From contig JADGIF010000356.1 in the NCBI GenBank assembly GCA_018985225.1, forward strand, positions 1 through 10,198: a DNA stretch of 10,198 bases. Direction: 5' to 3'. A model generated the notes under the pieces. That model made no database searches. It worked only from the letters and a program-made list of their open reading frames with translations, and had not been told where the DNA came from. The stretch is from Amoeboradix gromovi X-113 (taxonomy: Eukaryota > Fungi > Sanchytriomycota). The position numbers and the translations under genes are program-made. This document shows, one piece after another, positions 1-6,180 of the stretch. Each line of letters begins with the position of its first letter. Position 1 is the stretch's first letter.

Positions 1-138
1 ATTCAATCCCGCCTCAGGGTAGTGAAAGCGTGAGCAATCACTGTAACGGAGCATCTAGCATTAGTTTCTCTGTGGAAATTCTAGATTTTCTCGGAAATCA
101 GGAATTTTAACGAGTTTTCATAGAGTATCCCCTTTTGT

Positions 139-1509
139 ATGGATAATTCTTCAGCAACCACTGGATCCTCAAATGACCCCAAACTGCGACCATTTATTCG
201 CAAAGTAATACAACTAAATAGGTTGGGCAAGCAATCTTCTCCTATAACTGATTCAGATGATTACGATTTGCCAGAGGAACATTTAGGCAGTCCAGGTGTA
301 GATGTAAATATGTCTGATCCAATTTTAGAAGCCATTAACATGGACTGCCAAATCACCGTATTTGACTACGATGCCCATGAATGCGAAATGATGCAGTGCG
401 ACAATTGCACTCTGGAAAAAGCAATTCAAAATAGACCGCCTTATTCTAAAGTGAGATGGGTCAATGTAGATGGAATAAGCTACGATGTGATCAAGATTCT
501 TACGATTAAATATGATTTGCATCCATTGGCTATTGAGGATATCATTCACATTAATCAAAGAATTAAACTGGACAAATATCCTGATTCTCTGTTTGTAAGC
601 ATGTTAGCTCTAAGCACAGGTGATAAGAGCCCCTCTCCTAAATACAATAGATCGAAAGACTCAGCAGAGCGCGGAAACTTTATAGGATTAAGCAAAAGGC
701 CCGCTTCAATGGTCAGCAACATTCCTTTAATGAATCGCCAGTCAATGGATTCTGTCGACATCCGAGATATTATAGCTGGCAATTATAATGATGCCGATGT
801 GCAACAGTTATCTATATTTCTTCTTCCGAACAACATCATAATTAGCTTTATAACTAGTAATTCAAATTTTTTCTTTTCTGATCTTTGGAACCGACTACAC
901 TCTCACAACACATTAGTTAGGCAATCAGAAGATGCCAGTTTGCTAGTTCATGGTATATTAGACAGTATAATAGATCATGCAATGCCGATTATCAAAAATT
1001 ACGGAAACCAAATCTCAGTTTTAGAGAGCAAAGTATTTCATAAACCAACTATTTTGCAAACACAGGCACTTCACAGATTACAAGTTGAGCTGAATATACT
1101 CAAGAATACTTTACTACCATTTATGAATATCCTGACTAGCTTGAAGAGTGACCAAATGATTAGTCAGCAAACCAAAACTTATTTAAGTGACGTGCAAGAT
1201 CATACAAACACCATCACCGAGAACATAGAATTTTTGAGTGTGTGGAGCAAGAATTTGATTGATTTAAGCTTCAATATGCTTAGCTACGAGATGAATGTAA
1301 TTCTGAAGATTTTGGCGGTTGTAAGCTGTTTGTTTCTACCTATTACATTCTTGGCCGGGGTCTATGGTACAAACTTTGAGAACCTGCCTGAATACAAATG
1401 GGAATATGGCTACGTCTACTTTTGGGCACTGCAATTCAGTAACTCATAAACTAACATAGCCGCAGTTGTAGTAATGCTGAGTTTCTTTAAATATAGCAAA
1501 TGGATATGA
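139..1509 (+). CDS. CorA/Mrs2/Alr1-family divalent cation (Mg2+/Co2+) transporter; spliced join(139..1438,1460..1509), 449 aa
   Basis: Motifs WVNVDG, LHPLAIEDI, QRIKLD, YLSDVQDH and TM1 FLPITFLAGVYGTNF (GxN signature), then LPEYKWEYGY. The ORF stops mid-TM2, but removing 1439-1459 restores ...WALQFTAVVVMLSFFKYSKWI*, a typical CorA C-terminus. Confidence 0.93.
1439..1459 (+). other. 21-nt spliceosomal intron in the CorA gene
   Basis: GTAACTCATAAACTAACATAG: GT donor, CTAAC branch site at 1451-1455, terminal TAG acceptor. It contains the in-frame TAA, and its removal keeps the frame and completes TM2 plus the basic-Trp tail. Confidence 0.75.
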
Positions 1510-1704
1510 ATTCATTGCAGCGGCATAAAATGAAGCAAAATAAACTAAACTTCCATTAATTACTTGGTTTGTACTTCCCGAACAAGGAATGTTGATGATT
1601 CCAGGATTATTTCGATTATGATGAATCACAATAAAGTTCTAAGCCTTAGGGTTTCTTTGTAATTAATTGGAAAAGCTGCAAAAAAATGAGTTTATTGATG
1701 AATT

Positions 1705-2478
1705 CTACATCCACTCATCTTCATCATAAAAACTAATACAGGCTAATATTTTAATAATAAATGACAAACTATAGATTGAATTGTATAAGTCTGCATTTAT
1801 AAAGTTGACACATACGACAAATATATCCAAAAGCACTAGACCTATTATGATTGCAAATAGCCTTGCTCCAAGCTTTTTTTTTTCAACTGTTAGGAATCCA
1901 AACATCTTTTTAGCTAGAACCGAATATATAGCCAGACTAAAAAGCAAAAATGCAAGTCCGCTGATAGCCGCCATGAGCTTTGTTCCCTTGTAAATACTTT
2001 CGCTTTCAATCCATGCTGAGGTCACATAAAATACATCATCGGGAATTAATATAAGTCCAATAACATAAGGGATCCATCTCATGTAGTTGTTAGCTTCAGG
2101 AAACGGTGAAAGAGATTTGAGTCTTCTGGTATACAAGATAAATGTGGCCAAAACCATCTGTACATACATGGTTCCATCCATTGTTGTGAGTATTTTGGAT
2201 GATTCCTCATCAGACCAGTATGCTGCACTATATGATAGCATTGTAGAGAAGAATCCTGCAGATAGTCCCCATATTGTAAGCTTAAAAGGTAAGTTCTTGA
2301 CTTTAAAAACTCGAAAAGCGTTAAAAAATGCATGAAAGATGAAAGCCAAGTTCAATCCAAAAGCGAAATATGCTACGCGTGATATGTTAAGTTCGTAATC
2401 GTTGGATGTTAAAAGTTCATCCAAAGCAATTTCGCTTTCTGTTGGAAGCATAGTTAGTGCTTCTAAGGTACTAGACAT
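1705..2478 (-). CDS. Multi-pass (about 6-7 TM) membrane protein, possibly GPCR-like; family unassigned
   Basis: The 265-codon ORF has its first ATG at 2478 (MSSTLEAL...). It has a hydrophilic S/T/E-rich N-terminus followed by regularly spaced hydrophobic segments. The 3' end may be altered by splicing. Confidence 0.75.
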   Translation of the reverse strand: MSSTLEALTMLPTESEIALDELLTSNDYELNISRVAYFAFGLNLAFIFHAFFNAFRVFKVKNLPFKLTIWGLSAGFFSTMLSYSAAYWSDEESSKILTTMDGTMYVQMVLATFILYTRRLKSLSPFPEANNYMRWIPYVIGLILIPDDVFYVTSAWIESESIYKGTKLMAAISGLAFLLFSLAIYSVLAKKMFGFLTVEKKKLGARLFAIIIGLVLLDIFVVCVNFINADLYNSIYSLSFIIKILACISFYDEDEWM

Positions 2479-2706
2479 GATGGAAAACAGAGGTAAAGCC
2501 ACAAAAAGTATTTCTCAAGTATCAAATTATTGGGTCCGATAAGACATCGTGTTTAGATTTTAGCAATAAAGAGACAAGCAAACACAATTGTTTGATTGAA
2601 TATAAATTTCCAAATAGTTTTTCCGACGTGTTCACAAAATACGTGAAATTGTTGTCATGTTAAAGTAATTGCCACCACCTGCTATTTATACTACTTCAAA
2701 ATTAAC

Positions 2707-2718
2707 TTTTCGCGAAAA
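2707..2718. promoter_or_regulatory. Perfect palindrome TTTTCGCGAAAA (SBF/E2F-like CGCGAAA element) at the F-box gene start
   Basis: 12-bp perfect palindrome with a CGCG core in a CpG-poor context, in the divergent promoter region. A related CCGCGAAAA lies at 8767-8775 upstream of the GT8 gene. Confidence 0.35.
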
Positions 2719-4493
2719 TGCCACTTTTGGGCATCATGGTAGATTTTCCAAAGGAAATGTTGGAACTGATTTTTAGTTTCACAGACCATAGTTCACACTG
2801 GGCCATACAACTTGTATGCAAAGAGTGGCATTTAATCTTAAAGAATATCCAGCACCTAACCTATACAGAGTTAGGAACAACAGTGGATTTGGACAAATTT
2901 CTTTATCGCTATCCTCTTGTTGAGAAAGTTACGTTAAACATTCAAAACTGTACAGATTTGCAGTTTAATGGGCATGCAAAATTAAAGTGTATAGAGTCTG
3001 ACAATGACATTATTGCTCAATATTTTTGCCTGTGTCCATTATTAAAAAGAATTAAATTACAGGTTAAAAAAGAACCGCAAGTTAACATTTTGCAACATTT
3101 AATGAGTTCACCATTAATAGAAATTGCAGAATTTACTAAAATAAAGCTAAAAATTATTGAATCACCAATGCCGACTAAGCTAAAACGTATTTCCTTTGCA
3201 AGTTTAAATGCCTGGGAGCTTCCACTTGTATTCAATTTCATTGATAGTGGTTGTTGTCCTGATTTGCAGCACTTTACACTGGAAGGTGATTTGTATCTAC
3301 CACAACGTGCTTTCCTTGCTCTTCTCGAGCAGACCAAATTAGAATATTTAGAGTTGAAGCATGTGTGCCTGGCGCCTAACCATACTGCGCAATTAGCTCA
3401 GCTAAAACTTAAAACTTTGAAACTTGGGTTTTGTGAAATAAGTTTACCCATTCAGTCGAAATACAGCAGAGTAGGTCAATTGATTTACATAATCCTGCAA
3501 AACAACCACTTGGTGGAGAATCTTGAAATAAGTCACTGCAATCTCATTGTAAATCAAACAGAGGAAATCACAGTCACTTCTCCAATTGATGTAAGTTTAA
3601 AAAACATTTCTATTTTTGATGTCGCTAGTCATCTGTACACTCGAGAGATTCAAAAACTAAGCTCTTTTGATTTGAAATCTTTCAAGGTGAGTTTAAAGAC
3701 TTCTCAATGGATGGAAGAATGGATTGAAAATCTGAGAAATTTAGAAACAGTTGAGTTAAGATTTACTTTCGATGAGGTTGACGACCTGGATCATGGTATA
3801 GTATTATCGGTAAACTCGCTGACAGTGTGGGCGCCTCCTCCGTCATTATCATTTGTCAAAACTATTGCAAGTAGCGCTCAAAGTATTAAAAGATTGAATT
3901 TAGAATACCCAAGTGCCGAGTTTATGGGAATGCTGCAAATGGTTAGCCCGTCTTTTAAGAAGTTGAAAATGATTCAAATAAGTTCATACGGCACTGATAT
4001 ACTGCCCTTGTATGACATGATAACATCAACATCTAATTCATTAAGTTATTTGAATTTACAGATGATTTCACAGAAACCATCATCAATAGATAGGCTATGG
4101 ATAGAGAAACTAAAACTGCACTCTCCAAACATTCAACATTTAGAACTTCAAGGGTTTTCCATTGATCTAAAAGACTTGAAATTCCTGTTGCAAGAATTTG
4201 CCAGAGTACAGGAATTGTCAATGACAGGTCCAGGATTAAAAGAGTTTGATACATCTGACGAGGTAGAGCTAATTTCTAGTTTGGTCAACATGACGGATTT
4301 AAAGAAATTCAGCATCGGAATGAAACAAATTCATGGAAAAGCATTAGTTGAGAGAAATGACTTGCAGACTATGGAACAGTTTATTAGTAGTCCATCTGCC
4401 CAGGAACTATATCGGCAGAAGTTGGAGAAAGAGTTGAACAAATTAGTATGGTGGTCAGAAACTAAGATTTGGCAAAACTTGAGACATTTCTAA
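2718..4493 (+). CDS. F-box / leucine-rich-repeat protein (start may be ATG 2736)
   Basis: N-terminal F-box DFPKEMLELIFSF...IQLVCKEWHLIL, followed by many LxxLxL repeats (CPLLKRIKL, CPDLQHFTL, LEYLELKH, SPNIQHLELQG). Uninterrupted 591-codon ORF. Confidence 0.9.
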   Translation: MPLLGIMVDFPKEMLELIFSFTDHSSHWAIQLVCKEWHLILKNIQHLTYTELGTTVDLDKFLYRYPLVEKVTLNIQNCTDLQFNGHAKLKCIESDNDIIAQYFCLCPLLKRIKLQVKKEPQVNILQHLMSSPLIEIAEFTKIKLKIIESPMPTKLKRISFASLNAWELPLVFNFIDSGCCPDLQHFTLEGDLYLPQRAFLALLEQTKLEYLELKHVCLAPNHTAQLAQLKLKTLKLGFCEISLPIQSKYSRVGQLIYIILQNNHLVENLEISHCNLIVNQTEEITVTSPIDVSLKNISIFDVASHLYTREIQKLSSFDLKSFKVSLKTSQWMEEWIENLRNLETVELRFTFDEVDDLDHGIVLSVNSLTVWAPPPSLSFVKTIASSAQSIKRLNLEYPSAEFMGMLQMVSPSFKKLKMIQISSYGTDILPLYDMITSTSNSLSYLNLQMISQKPSSIDRLWIEKLKLHSPNIQHLELQGFSIDLKDLKFLLQEFARVQELSMTGPGLKEFDTSDEVELISSLVNMTDLKKFSIGMKQIHGKALVERNDLQTMEQFISSPSAQELYRQKLEKELNKLVWWSETKIWQNLRHF

Positions 4494-4751
4494 GTTAAAA
4501 TTATGGGTTTGGCAGTCAAATAAATTTTATGTTTTCAAGTACATTGTTTTGTGATTATACCTTGCTACACCATCATTATTCCGAATGATTCTCCACTTGT
4601 TTATCGTTTGGTCCGAAATGCATTCGTAGTATGAAAACTATGCTCATTCAAATATTTAACCAGTGGATTTAAAAGCTATTTGCTTCATTCTAATAAGATA
4701 ATGGTACTAGTAGAATTCAAAAACTGGTACTAAATTTAAATAATTTACTAA

Positions 4752-5354
4752 TTACACCTCACCTGGAATCGGAATCACTGAATGAGTGCTGCTTAATTTT
4801 ATGCTTTCACTATTGACCAATAACTTGGGTACATTGTCTATAAATTTAAACGGAAATAGTTCTTTTTCAATCATGGTACAGTTACTTGATAGCTTCTCAA
4901 TTAACCCAGTATCTAAAGCGGGTGTAACAAGTATTGTTCTGAAAGTATTTTGATAATTTGAATTTGTTAACTTTTTGAGTAATCGGATAACTAGCAAGAG
5001 CAACAATGACTTTTCCAATGACAATTTACGGAGGTATCGAGCGAACACAACTTCAAATGACTCGCTCTTTGATTCGTAGTTGAATTTGAGGACTTCTTTT
5101 TTTGTAAAAAATGGTTCAAATTCCCATTTTCGAATTATAAATAGTAGAACTTCACAGTTGGAGATGGTAAGGATGTGCAGATTGTTGCATTTTATTTGCT
5201 GGATGTGTTGATCAATAAATTGCAATCTTTTCTCAAAAGGAGATATCCATGGGATTAGCATTAGGTCAACATGGGTGCTTAAGAGTAGGAGTCTATCAAT
5301 TAAATAGCTCAGAGTTAAGAAGTCATTCTTTTTTCGGAAATTAAAGCAAAACAT
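4752..5354 (-). CDS. Degenerate RhoGAP-like protein, about 200 aa (likely start ATG 5354; 3' end uncertain)
   Basis: C-terminal 200 aa of the 282-aa ORF; the first 82 codons mostly overlap NDUFB9 out of frame. EVLLFIIRKWEFEPFFT resembles the RhoGAP xLLKxFLRELPEPLLT motif, and LRKLSLEKSLLLLLVIRLLKKL...N...ILVTPAL resembles LPxxNxxLLxxLxxHLxxV...NLAIVFGPTL. Confidence 0.5.
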   Translation of the reverse strand: MFCFNFRKKNDFLTLSYLIDRLLLLSTHVDLMLIPWISPFEKRLQFIDQHIQQIKCNNLHILTISNCEVLLFIIRKWEFEPFFTKKEVLKFNYESKSESFEVVFARYLRKLSLEKSLLLLLVIRLLKKLTNSNYQNTFRTILVTPALDTGLIEKLSSNCTMIEKELFPFKFIDNVPKLLVNSESIKLSSTHSVIPIPGEV

Positions 5355-5370
5355 GTTTATTTTGACCTTA

Positions 5371-5664
5371 TTATGTTTCTTTATAATCACCAAGGTACAT
5401 TTTTGGCAAAGGTGCATTCCTATCCTCACAAGTACCATTTGGTGCACTAGGATATGTGTAAGGTACTGGGTGTTTCCATTCAGCCAGTATCTCTCTTGTG
5501 TTTGAGATAATATCTCTTGGGTTTGAATTATTCTTATTTGAGTCGAATTTTTGTCTGATCTCAAGGCAGTACTGTCTGTATACCTCAAAGGTAGGTGCAT
5601 ATGATCTTGCGCTGTACATGCACTGTTTGTATAATCTCTGAATTACCTGAGTGTGAGTCAACAT
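5371..5664 (-). CDS. NDUFB9: NADH:ubiquinone oxidoreductase subunit B22 / NDUFB9 (LYR-motif family)
   Basis: 97 aa with H...RLYK (LYR motif), IRQKFDSNK, and WKHPVPYTYPSAPNGT..RN, matching the NDUFB9 HPxPYxxPxxPGGxxxxRN signature. Confidence 0.92.
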   Translation of the reverse strand: MLTHTQVIQRLYKQCMYSARSYAPTFEVYRQYCLEIRQKFDSNKNNSNPRDIISNTREILAEWKHPVPYTYPSAPNGTCEDRNAPLPKMYLGDYKET

Positions 5665-5705
5665 GAATTCAGATGTTTCACTTTCACCCAGCGTAAGACA
5701 TTACA

Positions 5706-5740
5706 CACTTGGGACACCAAATACAAAAACTAGACCAAGT
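5706..5740 (+). repeat. Left terminal inverted repeat
   Basis: CACTTGGGACACCAAATACAAAAACTAGACCAAGT. Confidence 0.9.
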
Positions 5741-6132
5741 CGTTTTTAAAGGAAGTGCTCCATAGGGAGGATATACTATTATTGATAAAAGTCCTTCTTC
5801 TTTCAAACCAATTTCTTTCATTAATGTCATTCCCCTCTTTAAAATAAAACAAGATGACCCACTATCTCTTTCAAATATATGAGGTCTTTGAGCGTCTAAG
5901 AAAAAGGTGCATTATCTACTGCTTTACTACTACTATCTTCCATTTTCTTTTTCTTCTTACCACCTTTCGCATAACTTATTTTTTGTTTTCTCTTCTTCCT
6001 GTTAGTTATTGTTTCTAAGATTTTGATGGATGAAAGCTTTTGTACTAAAATAATTTAATTGAACCAGTCAGATTAATTTAATTTACTGCTGGTTAATACA
6101 CACTTGAAATAATGATTTAAACTGTTTCAGAA

Positions 6133-6166
6133 ACTTAGTCTAGTTTTGTATTTGGTGTCCAAAGTG
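6133..6166 (-). repeat. Right terminal inverted repeat
   Basis: Reverse complement reads CACTTTGGACACCAAATACAAAACTAGACTAAGT. Confidence 0.9.
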
Positions 6167-6180
6167 TATGAAAATCATTG

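Larger units (their letters stand above)
5706..6166. mobile_element. 461-bp non-autonomous TIR DNA element (MITE-like; Tc1/mariner-type TA target likely)
   Basis: Terminal inverted repeats at 5706-5740 and 6133-6166 are 32/35 identical (2 substitutions, 1 indel) with CAC...GTG termini. The right flank is TA (6167-6168); the left flank is CA preceded by TA. No transposase ORF inside. Confidence 0.85.

Noticed and set aside
1-20. TTCAATCCC as a tRNA T-loop
   Set aside because: It lacks the invariant G of GTTC, and no cloverleaf can be built within the window.
1447-1449. TAA readthrough or alternative genetic code in CorA
   Set aside because: Other genes here end in TAA, and a canonical GT-CTAAC-AG intron gives the right TM2 length.
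325-4254. Short ORFs antisense to or overlapping the real genes (325-558, 555-782, 1444-1629, 1781-1993, 2079-2333, 2087-2335, 3017-3337, 4033-4254; also 9116-9454)
   Set aside because: Shadow ORFs of well-supported CDSs with no independent motifs.
5355-5600. N-terminal 82 codons of the 282-aa minus ORF as a true overlapping gene
   Set aside because: They mostly overlap the clearly conserved NDUFB9 in another frame. The ATG at 5354 has a good context and the domain-like pattern begins there.
6062-6094. Imperfect inverted repeat AACCAG...CTGGTT inside the TIR element
   Set aside because: Short and AT-rich in the middle; not distinguishable from chance without other copies.
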